Of a stretch of DNA of 64,000 nt, positions 11,215 to 23,309 are shown one piece after another. The stretch comes from Octopus sinensis (lineage: Eukaryota). Below the pieces are notes generated by a model that saw nothing but the letters and a program-made list of their open reading frames with translations, did not search any database and was not told where the DNA came from. The first letter of the stretch is position 1; each line of letters opens with the position of its first letter. The DNA is taken from positions 71,548,001-71,612,000 of the forward strand of contig NC_043009.1 of NCBI RefSeq assembly GCF_006345805.1, given 5' to 3'. Made by a program: the position numbers and the translations under genes.

Positions 11215-13061
11215 ATATATATATATATATATACTTCATTGAGCCTTTCTGTCTACGTGTAACCTCCTGCTCTGCTTAAAATGATGGTTCGAAGATCAAT
11301 TAAGAAGGATTTGTTTGTTTGTGGCAGAGACATAGGGACAGTTAGGGGTTAGAGCACCCAGGAAAAGGATTCTTTTAAAAGTTCAGTGGATGATGATGAA
11401 GGGGTATGGCAATATGTGGGTGTGAAGGTGGTAAACCTAAGTAAGAAACTCCGAAACCAAAGTCGTTTGCCATAATTGTTCTGCACCAAGTCACTCAAAT
11501 ACTCCCTTGTCACTCTCAGTGCCACCAAAGCAGTGAACCAATAATTGGTCTGTTAGAAAAGTGCGACTTGCAATACTATTTTTCACCAGTTGTGATATAA
11601 AATAAACAAATGTGATCTTGGGCCTCTCCAAGAAATACCTTTTCACGCCCAATCTCTCTCTCTCGCTCTCTCTCTCTGTGTTTGAACATCTAGTATCCAT
11701 CAATGGGTGATCAGTGGGTATTCATACCTTTCCTATTGATGTCAGTGGTTATAAGTGAAGGAAGTAAAACAAACATATCTTTACTACATTAGAAAACCTT
11801 CTTAAAGGTGCCAGAATAGTGAAAAATACAAAATTGACAAATATTTAATTAACTTTGACCATAAAACAATATTAGAAAAATAAAAATTATGGTTTAAAGA
11901 GTAAATGTTATCTTTGATTCTTTTTTTTTTTAATTTTGTAATTGATGAAACACTTTAGAAATTGCATCAAAAATAGGTCTGAAAATGGGTTATTTGGAAT
12001 TCCATAGAGCTAGCTCTATTGATTTTGATAGATCAATTTGTAGCAGAAATCCTGCAATATCAGAATCTGGTAATGGACTTATTTAACATGAGAAAGACTT
12101 TGCTATTATTTCTTTCAATAGCATCAGAATGACCTTCTCGTTGATGTTGCAAGGACATGTGAAATATGCGGGGATTACTGGTGAAGTTAAGCAGAGAGCG
12201 AGAGAGGTGGGGCGGGGGGGGGGGTTAACATGAAAAGAAACAGTTAAGTTCTCACAGAATTATTGGAGCATTCAATTTGATATGGAATTGCTAAAATGAA
12301 GGAATTCATGAATTTAGAAAGAAAATAAAAGCAATATTGGCATCAAAGAGAGAGAATTCTGTTAATAATAGAATAGATTTCATGAGTGTATGGATGGCAA
12401 AAGGCAGTAGAATGAATGTTATCCAGAAAAGAGGATTTGGAAAATCAACTGTTTAGAAATTGGTTCTTTGATTTTGGAATATAGATTTTAAAACGAGCAA
12501 AATATAAATAATTTTTGAATGTAGAAATCTTTATAAAAGTCTAGAATTTTTGGGCTGTTTATTTAACACCAAAATTTGCAGAAATATCAAAACTTTTTAT
12601 TGTCCTAATTAGAAAACAACTAATTATGTATTTTAATTAATTTTTAAAATAATCAGAAATTAGAATAGATTTATTAAAATAGTTGTAACATTAATATTTC
12701 TGCAGATTGTTGTTGTTGTTGTTGTTGTTGCTGCTGCTGCCGCTGCCGCTGCCGCCAAAGCTGCAGCAGATTCTTTAGGCTTAATTTACACCTGGTCACT
12801 CAGATCCATGATTGGAAGCATTCCAGCTTTGACCATTCTTTCTTTCATTCCTTTTTTCTTTTCTTTTTTGCAGACACTTTTCACCTTCTTCTATTAATAA
12901 ACCCATTTTGCATTCTTTTTTTTGGTTTTGAAAGAAGATTTTCTGCTATTTCAGCTGCTTCAGTCACTTCATAGATGCTCCCCCAATAAGTTCATTCATC
13001 TTGTGCAAGTGTGTGTGTGTGTGTGGTGTGTGTGTGTGCGCGTGTGTGTGTGTGTGTGTAT

Positions 13062-13116
<55 letters not shown>

Positions 13117-13224
13117 CCCTTGTGCTGGTGCTATGCAAGAAGTCCACTCTGTAAAGTGGTTGGCATTAGGAAGGGCATCCAGCCAGAGAAACCATTCCAG
13201 AGGAGACCATTAATATCTTATTAA

Positions 13225-13445
13225 TAAACAATCATCATCATCGTCGTCATCGTCGTCATCTTCGTTGTCATCATCATCATCATCAGCAGTATCAGCATCA
13301 TTATCATCATCGCCGTCATCATCATCATCATCATCATCATTGTCGTTATCGTCGTTGTCATCGTCATCATCATCATCATCATCATCATCGTCGTCGTCGT
13401 CATTGTCATCATCATCATCATCATCACTACCATCATCATCATCAT
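13225..13445. repeat. Compound (CAT)n/(CGT)n microsatellite
   Basis: Direct reading. Confidence 0.9.
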
Positions 13446-13648
13446 AGGCTTCTTGATCTGAAGAAACTTCTAACTGGGTCCCACCAGCAAGGTCTTCTGT
13501 TGTTTATCTTGATATGAGATCACCATGTCATGCACTGATGCATGTACCTGGTGTACCCTTATCAGACGGGTAGTCATGATGGGTATATTGGGCTTCATAT
13601 ATTTGTACACCCAGTGTCACTTTGATGCCATGCACTGCTCTCTCACTC

Positions 13649-13680
<32 letters not shown>

Positions 13681-14257
13681 TGATGATGATGATAATGATG
13701 ATAATAATGCCCTGCAGTACCAGGCAGTGACTCTCATGGCTTCTCATCTTAACTGATTGGAAGTGTTAGCATGTACATTGTTTTGTCTTGGTATAAAAGA
13801 TGGACTACAGCAAATATTCTGCTCAATACCACAGAATTGCTTGTCAGTTGTTTGACCTTAACCAGTTGTGCTTGTCCCTTGGTGACTGACGATATGTGCA
13901 TCTCTGATCATGAGCAGGAGTAATGGGGAGCATAATAGCCATGTGTTGAGAGAGATTCTTTAGGGTTTGAATAACTCACCTCTGGAAACATGGGTGTTTC
14001 GTTCAACATCCTTAAACAATCCTTATTCAGGGACATTTTGCATGGGATGGGCTACTTGACCAGAAGAAAATTCTAACTGGCCCCACCTGCAAGGTCATAT
14101 GCTGTTTATCTTGATATGAAATCACCATGTCGCACACATATGGTTGTGATGCATGTGCCTGGTGTACCCTTATCAGATGGGTAGTCATTATGGGTATACT
14201 GGGCTTCGTATATTTTACCCCAGTGTCACTTTGATGGCATGCACTGCTCTCTCACTC
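13446..14257 (+). mobile_element. Two tandem 5'-truncated copies of an unclassified (AAT)n-tailed repeat (13446-13649 and about 13710-14257)
   Basis: Both copies end ...cagtgtcactttgatg(c/g)catgcactgctctctcactc followed by (AAT)n and share about 200 bp; no ORF. Confidence 0.7.
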
Positions 14258-14304
<47 letters not shown>

Positions 14305-14305
<1 letters not shown>

Positions 14306-16089
14306 TCCAGGGAGACACGCTCTCTCCACTCCTTTTCTGCTTGGCACTGTCACCTCTATCTGATATGCTAAATAGAACTGGATGCGGATATAAATGTTAC
14401 GGCAAAACGATCAGCCACCTTTTATATATGGATGACCTAAAACTATACGCTGCAAATGACAAACAGCTGGAAACACTATTAAAGACAGTTCATGGATTTA
14501 CCAAAGAAATAGATATGAAATTTGGATTAGAAAAATGTGCCAAAGTAACCATGAAAAGAGGAAAACTAGTTAAGAGTAACAACATCACACTAGATGAAGC
14601 AAATGAAATAAAAGAATTAGACCAAAGCCAAACTTACAAATACTTAGGAATTCATGAACTAGATAAGACACAACACACACAAATGAAAGAGAAAATAAAA
14701 AAAGAATATTATAGACGAGTTAGATCAATACTAAACACAGAGCTCAATGCTAAAAACAAGATAATAGGTATCAACACTATAGCTGTCCCAGTTATAAGTT
14801 ACAGCTACAATATCCTTAACTGGACACGAAATGAACTGACCAAAATAGACAGGAAAACAAGAAAAATAATGACAGGATCTAGGATGCATCACCCAAAATC
14901 TGACATAGAAAGACTATATATACAACGTATAGAAGGTAGTAGAGGCCTTATACAGCTGGAAAACTACTATAAAATAACCACCATAGGGCTGCAAAAATAT
15001 CTACTTCAGAAGGAAGGAAAATTGATCCAGATAGCGGCAAAACACAAGCAAAACAAAAAACTGTTCTCAGTATTTAAGGAAGCTGACAAATACAAACAAG
15101 AAATCATACCACCTAATAAACATGAAGAAGAAGAAGAAGATGAAGAAACAACAAAAGCTATAAAAAAAATGAAATCCAAACTAAAACTAGAACAGCAACG
15201 AACCATGATAAAACGATGGCAAGAAAAGCCCCTTCATGGTAAATATTGGACTAAACTAAACGCAAAAGAAATAGACAAAGAAAAATCCCAGCAATGGTTG
15301 AGAAGCTCAGGACTCAAAGCAGAGACAGAAGGATTTTTAATTGCAGCACAAGACCAAAGCCTCCCCACCAGAAATTACCAAAAACATGTAATGAAAAGAA
15401 ATATAACAAGTAACTGCAGAATATGTGGAGATGGACAAGAAACAATAAATCATATTATCTCTAGCTGCCCAGTCCTGGCTAAGAAGGAATATATTCACAG
15501 ACATGACAGAGTTGGAACCTACATACATTGGAAGCTATGCCAACATTATGGAATAACAACAGAAAAAAATGGTATAGGCACACACCAGAAAAGGTCACAG
15601 AAAACGAGAAAGCAACCATACTCTGGGATATGCCGATACACACAGATAGAGAAATTAAGGCCAACAGACCAGATATAGTTGTCAGAGACCATGAAGAAAA
15701 AAAAATGCTTTCTAATTGATGTATCAATACCGGCAGATGACAACGTGTCTCTAAAAGAAATGGAGAAACTCTCAAAATACAAAGACCTGGAAATAGAGGT
15801 AACTAGAATGTGGAATCTGAAAACAGAAACAATTCCTATCATAGTAGGTGCATTAGGCATGATAAAAAAATATTCAGACAAATACATAACAAAAACACCA
15901 GGACTTACAAACACATATAACATACAGAAAATTGCACTACTAGGCACTGCACACATCCTACGCAGAACACTTTCCATACAATAACCATCAGAGCATCACA
16001 ACAAATCACAGCACATACCCAAGGCACACAGAGCTGCGCTCGGTAGTGAAGTGAAAGCACGCTATAAAAAATAAAAATAAAACTACTGA
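14305..16089 (+). mobile_element. R4/Dong-like RLE LINE, 5'-truncated, nearly intact (two frameshifts in A runs)
   Basis: FQGDTLSPLLF, YMDDLKLY, YKYLG, CCHC knuckle CRICGDGQETINHIISSC, RHD, and RPDIV...IDVSIP...KLSKY restriction-like endonuclease; (AAT)n on both sides. Confidence 0.92.
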
Positions 16090-16109
16090 ATAATAATAAT
16101 AATAATGAT

Positions 16110-17350
16110 AATAATGCTTTCTTTATTAACCACTAATAGTCTGCAAAAAAAACCATCAGGAGCAGTATAGGACAGTATAATGTGGGGGTTACATAAAAAG
16201 CATGTAAAAAATTTTAAATTACAAAAATATAAATTTTAACAAAGACTAATTCCCACAAAGAGGGAGGCTACCTAGGGCTGCTCATGGAAACCCTACAAAA
16301 CCATGGAGGTGCCCTCTCCACATAATCCACAGGCACGTGTTTAGCCCTTTAACACTCAGCTTACTCTCTCATATGTAATGCTTATTTATTCTCATTGCTT
16401 TGAATTAATCCTTCATTATCTCATACTTCAAGAGTCTAAGGATGTGATTCCTTTGCAATGACATTGTAGGGTTGGTGCAAGAGGTCAGATCTGTCTAGTT
16501 TAAATGTAAAACAGGCACAATATTTGGGTCTGATTTGACCAGTTTGAATACTGAAGGGTCAGAGTAGACCCATCCACTTTGACCGTTCTTACTTCATTCA
16601 CCTTTCAAAATTACTGGGTGGAGCACTTCCCTCTCCACCCTCACTTTCCTTTTCAAATGAAACTTGAAAAAGTTGATGAGGGCTTGGCTTAAGAGGGAAG
16701 TATCTGTCTTCAGCCCTTCCAATCTGGTCCATGGCACAACTTCTTTTGTTAAGGCCACTGAACAAAGGAACACTGCCTTCCTATCCCAGCCAAAGGAGGG
16801 AGGCAAGAGGATCTTCATAACAGACCCGCCTGGTTCCATCTTACATGTGGCAGTAAGTGTTTGACATAAACCCATACATCGGCAATGCTCAGGCACTGGA
16901 CGAGAGCATGCAGAACAGATTCATCACTCAGAATAATCTTGGACAAGCCAGACTGATAGCATTTCCATGCCTGCAAAGTTTATCTCAAGCTAGCAACCCC
17001 CACTCGCCAGTAGCACTGCCAGGCCAAAAGTTTCTGGACATTATCCATAGGCTCAGGCCCAAAAGTCCTCCAGAAAAAACAAGCCATTTGATTCTCATCA
17101 ACAGTGAGAGTCTCCCAAGAACATCATTGCACTTGGTTGCCACTCTCTATAGAACACCAGAATGGAATTTCCACTGACAGGGGACTGTGAGCATCTGACG
17201 ACACTCTGGGTACCAGGAACTCTGCCTCAGTCTACGTTTGATCTAAGACTGCAGCTCAGTCAAAGAGACAAGTTGTGGAAGAGCAAGTCTGACAAATCGT
17301 GACCACCACCAAGGAAGCAGAGGAGATGTCATAGCCTCAGTGCATGTCTG
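16110..17350 (-). pseudogene. Tx1/L1-clade LINE C-terminal remnant with 3' UTR
   Basis: Minus strand reads QKLLAWQCY, DKLCRHG..ACPR..DESVLHALVQC (zf-RVT-like) and KEVVPWTRL...FFKFHLKRKVRVERE; AATAAA near 16125. Confidence 0.65.
16345..16558. mobile_element. Old piggyBac-type MITE inserted in the Tx1-like remnant
   Basis: Ends TTAG|CCCTTTAACACTCA and TGAATACTGAAGGG|TCAG (imperfect TIR, degenerate TTAA-like TSD); removing it restores the host frame VKVDGSTLNT. Confidence 0.45.
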
Positions 17351-17384
17351 TGCATCAGTAGCCAATTTTTTATCTCCATTAAGG

Positions 17385-17570
17385 CAACAAGCTGGAAGAA
17401 TTGCCAACGAATCAGGCACAATGCTTCGCAGCGTTTCGTCTGTCTGAGTTCAAATTCTGCTGAGGTCGCGTTTGCTTTCATCTTTTTTGAGGTCGATAAA
17501 AGAAGTACCAGTGGAGCACTGGGGTCAATTTATTCGACAAGCACCTTCTCTTGAAATTACTACCAAAATT
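17385..17570 (+). mobile_element. Deu/Nin-domain-like SINE
   Basis: gagttcaaattctgctgaggtcg...tttcatc...gaggtcgataaaa..agtaccag core. Confidence 0.6.
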
Positions 17571-18639
17571 TGGAATCGTGATTCCTTTATCTACATTTGC
17601 AATTATTCATTTAAAGTAATTACAGTTGGATTGAAAACATAGAAATCTGAAAAAAATTAAGAAGATAAACCCCAGATACCGGGAAAGTAAGTTCATAGCA
17701 AAAGTTCTTTCTTATTACGTTTTGTGCAAGTTTTTAAGAAAAATTATATTTAGCAACAAAATAAAAGTTTATTTTTGAAATGGCCTTTACTTCGATGCAG
17801 CCTTCCAGCATAACAAAGTTATGATTATCTACCTCTCGATTGAGAAGTCGCGGCTGGAATGCTTCTGATCAAATATTTACATGACTAGGATAGACCTAGG
17901 GTTAGACAATAATAATAATAATAATCGCTATAATGTTGTTTCTAGATATTTTGGGATGTTATTGGTATTTTTTTTTCACAAAAACCTATAAAAAAGTAAG
18001 GATCACAAAAGATGCGGAAGGAGACAGAGGAAAGTAATTTGGTACAACGTGGCATCGTCCCGAATTCTTGAAACGTTAAGTAGCAATAAATATTAACAAG
18101 ATCATCAAGGGAAGCGACTATAAGAATAAAAAAATAAGGGTTAAGTCCCTTTTAATTACCATTTCCTTTTGATGCCTAACATCACAGACATCGTAAAACA
18201 AGTTCATTCCACTTCACTTTAGCTGATAACACTTTTGACAAACTCAGTAATGTCACAACTTTTTATATTCTCCTCTCCAAAAACGTTTCTTTTTCATAAT
18301 AAAATTAAAATTTAAAAAAAAACTGATATTTTCTTGGGGTTTGTTCCCTTTTTGTCCCTTCCGAAAATTATGGGGTTTTTTTAAAATTTAAAATAAATCA
18401 ATATTTTACTAGAATTTATTCTTCTGACGATTAACTCGTTCCAATCTTATTTTTTATTTAATCTTTGTTTTATTCAATCTGATAAATAGGGGCATTGCCC
18501 CTATCCCTTGCAGAGACCCTTACCTCTCTGGCAACGTTAATGCAGCGGATATTCCCATAAACTTAAACTGTTTTTAAGAAAGGCATAAATTCATTGTTGC
18601 TTTCCTCAAGCAGACATGCTGGGCATCTCTGCATGTCTG

Positions 18640-19240
18640 CCTGCAGGAATGCATGAATGTATGTGTGTGTGTGTACGTATGTACGTTTGTTTGTATGTAT
18701 GTATGTGTGTGTGTGTATGTAGGTATGTATGCATGTACGTATGTATGTACGTATGCATGTATGTATGCATGTATATATATATTTATGTATGTATGCATGT
18801 ATGTATGTATGTATGTATGTATATACGTACGTATGTACGTTTGCTTGTATGTATGTATGCATAAGTGTGTCTATGAAGGTATGTATGTATGTACGTACGT
18901 ATGTATGTATATATGTATGTATGCATGTATGTATGTATGTTTGTGTGTGTGTTTATGTATGTATGTATGTATGTACGCATGAGTTTATGTGTGTGTGTAG
19001 TTATGTATGTATGTACATATACGTGAGGATATGTGTGTATGTATGCGTGAGTGAATATATGTATGCGTAAGTGTATTTATGTGTGTATGTATGCGTATGT
19101 ATGCATGTATGTGTATGTATGTATGTCTGTGTGTGTGTATATATATGTGTGTGTATGTGTGTATGTATGTGTGTATGTGTGTATGTTTGTATGTATGCAT
19201 GCATGTATGTGTATGTATGCATGTGTGTATGTGTGTATGT
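18640..19240. repeat. Long compound (TATG)n/(TG)n microsatellite
   Basis: Direct reading. Confidence 0.95.
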
Positions 19241-19450
19241 ATCATCATCATCATTTAACATCCATTTTCCCATGCTGTCATGGATCAGACAGAGTTTTAT
19301 CAAGTCGGATCTTCCACAGCCGGACGCCTTTCCCATTCGCCAAACTTCTCCCGTTTTCAGACAGGCTATTATTTTCCCCGTGGCCAGAAGATGAACGGCA
19401 TTTCTTGTAAGACATGGATTCTCATATACAACCAACAAGAGACGTCGAGA
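19240..19450 (-). mobile_element. Divergent RTE-type 3' end
   Basis: (ATC)n followed by ttaacatccattttcccatgctg, resembling the family terminus; the body is divergent. Confidence 0.5.
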
Positions 19451-19769
19451 CAAGTGCACACACACACACACATACACACACACACATGCACATGCACACG
19501 CACACACACACACACACACATGCACACGCACACACATATGCACACGCACACACACACACACACCTATATACGTATATATGACAAGCTTTTTTTTACTTTC
19601 CCTCTGCCAGGAATACTAAAAACAATGTCATTAGAACATAGAGCACAGCTCCTTGTAATTTTGAGTTCAAATCCTGCCTGAATCAACTTCCATAATTTCA
19701 GGGTTGATACAAAAATGCATCAGTCCAAAGCTGTGGGATTGTGGGGTCACTGGCATCCTCATTATTATT

Positions 19770-20364
19770 ATCAGCCAATGTACGCCACTAGCCCAGAAGA
19801 AATATAAGAGATGCAATGAACATATAGCCAGTCTTGTTCATTGGACACTTTGCAACAAGTATGGTCTTGGCAGAGAAAAAAAATTGGTACGACCATAAAC
19901 CTAAAGGCATAATCGAAAATGATAATGCAAAGATCTTGTGGGATTTTATGATTCAGTATGACCATGAGATTGAGAATAGGAAGCCAGACATAGTCTTAAT
20001 TGAGAAAGAAAGCAAACAATGCTGGATCATAGACATAGCATGCCCAGCTGACAACAAGGTATGCGATAAGGAAGAAAGAAAAGTCGAGAGAGATGACAGG
20101 TTAGCTTGGGAGGTTAAGTTGTTGTGGTCGATGAAAAATGTGGTAGTGGTACAATAATTGGAAATAATGAATAAAAATCTCAAGAAATACATGGAACAAA
20201 TAGGGACTGCAATAAGTGTGGAGCAGTTGCAGAAAACAGCACTACTGGAACCACTTGAATACTCCAGAAGGTGCTCGAAAAATAAGAGGTGTTACCTTAG
20301 TTCACTGGTAGAGAACAGCTGACACTGTAGTACATCTCCACCGTTAGAAGCTGTGCAAAGGCAA
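19770..20364 (+). pseudogene. Second R4-like RLE LINE family, endonuclease fragment with (AAT)n tail
   Basis: LVHWTLC..YG...KNWYDHKP..IIEND.AKILWDF.IQ.D....RKPDIVL......IIDIACP.D motif; ends directly in (AAT)n. Confidence 0.8.
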
Positions 20365-20381
20365 TAATAATAATAATAATA

Positions 20382-20443
<62 letters not shown>

Positions 20444-20516
20444 TAATAATATAATAATAATAATAAATAATAATAATAATAACAATAACAATACAATAAC
20501 AATAATAATAATAATA

Positions 20517-20552
<36 letters not shown>

Positions 20553-20554
<2 letters not shown>

Positions 20555-20765
20555 CCTTTCTTACTAAAGGCACAAAACCTGAAATTTGGGTGGAGGGAAT
20601 GAGTCGATTACATTGACCCCAGTGTTTCACTTATACTTTATCGACCCCAAAGGATGAAAGTTAAAATTGACCTCAGCACAATTTGAACTCAGAATGTAAC
20701 GATGGGGAAAATACTGCTAAATATTTCATCCAGTGTGCTAACGATTCTGTCAGCTCACTACCTTA
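20553..20765 (-). mobile_element. Deu/Nin-domain-like SINE within a (TAA)n tract
   Basis: Reverse complement of the gagttcaaatt...gaggtc...tttcatcctttggggtcgataaa core; (ATT)n tail. Related copies at 22620-22835, 29835-30022 and 57045-57150. Confidence 0.65.
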
Positions 20766-20803
20766 ATAATAATAACAATAATAATATAATAATAATAATA
20801 ATA

Positions 20804-20834
<31 letters not shown>

Positions 20835-20887
20835 AAGAAGAAGAAGAAGAAGAAGAAGAAGAAGAAGAAGAAGAAGAAGAAGAAGAA

Positions 20888-22466
20888 ATAGAAATAGATA
20901 TGAAATTTGGATTAGAATGCGCCAAAGTAACCCTGAAAAGAGGAAAAACTAGTTAAGAGTAGCAACATCACACTAGATAAAAACCAATGAAATAAAAGAA
21001 TTAGACCAAAGCCAAACTTACAAATACTTAGGAATCCATGAACTAGATAAGACACAACACACACAAATGAAAGAGAAAATAAAAAAAGAATATTATAGAC
21101 GAGTTAGATCAATACTAAATACAGAGCTCAATGCTAAAAACAAGATAATAGGTATTAACACTTTAGCTGTCCCAGTTATAAGTTACAGCTACGATATCCT
21201 TAACTGGACACTAAATGAACTGACCAAAATAGATAGGAAAACAAGAAAAATAATGACAGGATCTAGGATGCATCACCCAAAATCTGACATAGAAAGACTA
21301 TATATACAACGTATAGAAGGTGGTAGAGGCCTTATACAGCTGGAAAACTACTATAAAATAACCATAGGACTGCAAAAATATCACTTCAGAAGGAAGGAAA
21401 ACTGATACAAATAGCGGCAAAACACGAGCAAAACAAAAAACTGTTCTCAGTATTTAAAGAAGCTGACAAATACAAACAAGAAATCATACCACCTAATAAA
21501 TATGAAGAAGAAGAAGAAGAAGAAGAAGAAGAAGAAGAAGAAGAAGAAGAAGAAGAAGAAGAAGAAGAAGAAGAAGAAGAAACAACAAAAGCTATAAAAC
21601 AAATGAAATCCAAACTAAAACTAGAACAGCAAAGAACCATGATAAAACGATGGCAAGAAAAGCCCCTTCATGGTAAATACTGGACTAAACTAAATGCAAA
21701 AGAAATAGACAAAGAAAAATCCCAGCAATGGTTGAAAAGCCCAGGACTCAAAGCAGAGACAGAAGGATTTTTAATTGCAGCACAAGACCAAAGCCTTCCC
21801 ACCAGAAATTACCAAAAACATGTAATGAAAAGAAATATAACAAGTAACTGCAGAATATGTGGAGATGGACAAGAAACAATAAATCATATTATCTCTGGCT
21901 GCTCAGTCCTGACTAAGAAGGAATATATTCACAGACACGACAGAGTTGGGACCTACGGTGGAGGCACGTGGCTTAGTGGTTAGGGTGTCAGCATCATGAT
22001 CGTAAGATTGTGGTTTTGATTCCTGGACCAGGCGATGCGTTGTGTTCTTGAGCAAAACACTTCATTTCACATTGCTACAGTCCACTCAGCTGGCAAAAAT
22101 GAGTAACACTGCGATGGAAACCGGGCCCATGAGCCTGGCTAGGCTTTAAAAGGGCGCACTTTAAAAATTTTGTAAAATTTATTTTATACACTGGAAGCTA
22201 TGCCAACTTTATGAAATAACAACAGAAAAAAGATAGTATAGGCACACACCTGAAAAGATCACAGAAAACGAGAAAGCAACCATACTCTGGGATATGCCGA
22301 TACACACAGATAGAGAAATTAAGGCCAACAGACCAGATATAGGTCCTACGCAGAACACTTTCCATACAATAACTATCAGAGCATCACAACAAATCACAGC
22401 ACATACCCAAGGCACACAGAGCTGCGCTCGGTAGTGAAGTGAAAGCACGATATAAAAATAAAACTA

Positions 22467-22469
<3 letters not shown>
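20888..22469 (+). mobile_element. Second Dong-like copy: SINE-interrupted, internally deleted, (GAA)26 expansion
   Basis: Near-identical to 14505-16089; insertion at 21957-22185; deletion of about 280 bp after gatatag; ends aaactactg followed by (AAT)n. Confidence 0.9.
21957..22185 (+). mobile_element. tRNA-derived SINE with a CORE/V/Meta-like middle domain
   Basis: A-box TGGCTTAGTGG, B-box-like GGTTTTGATTCC, then gttgtgttcttgagcaaaacactt...ccactcagctg; related copy at 44845-44990. Confidence 0.65.
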
Positions 22470-22515
<46 letters not shown>

Positions 22516-22547
22516 GTAATAATGGTAATAATAATAATAATAATAAT

Positions 22548-22601
<54 letters not shown>

Positions 22602-22619
22602 TAATAATAATGATAATAA

Positions 22620-22835
22620 TAATCTTTTCTAATATAAGCACAAGGCCTGGAATTTGTAGGGAGGGGTTTAATTGATTACATCAACCCCAGTGTTTCACTG
22701 GTACTTGATTTATTGACCCTGAAATGATGAAAGGCAAAGCTGACCTTGACAAATTTTGAACTCAGAATGTAGCGAAGGGTATGATACGGCTAACGATTCT
22801 ATTTGACATGCTAACGAGTCTGCCAATCTACTACC
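22620..22835 (-). mobile_element. Deu/Nin-domain-like SINE
   Basis: Same family as 20553-20765. Confidence 0.6.
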
Positions 22836-23309
22836 ACCCTTACCGTCTCTATGCCTTCTATTACTCTCACCGCAGAAGGAGGAGTAGGAAAAATGTCATT
22901 GAATACTGAGAGAGGGGGTCAAAGTGTGACACATTGACACACAGGAATTTGTTTCAGCATTTATTATAATAGAAGAAATCCTGGATATGATTGGATATTT
23001 TTATGGTTTAGGGTGGAAAACAGCTGCAAGTTGAAGTCTAAAAGAAAACCAAATGCAGGATAGTAATTCCAGAAGACCAAGGTTTAGTATGCTACGTATC
23101 TTGCAAAGTGTCAGACTGCAGGACAATACCCAACGTAAGATACATACAAGCCTATCTTATTTAATGTCTATCAGAGCATGAAACTTATGGTAGCTCTTGT
23201 TTAAATCCTGTGTTTATCTCTTGTTGGATTGAGTATGCATTTTTTGTTGAGCCAATCAATGATAGAGTACAACACAATGTATATATATATATCCCCCTTG
23301 TAAACATAA

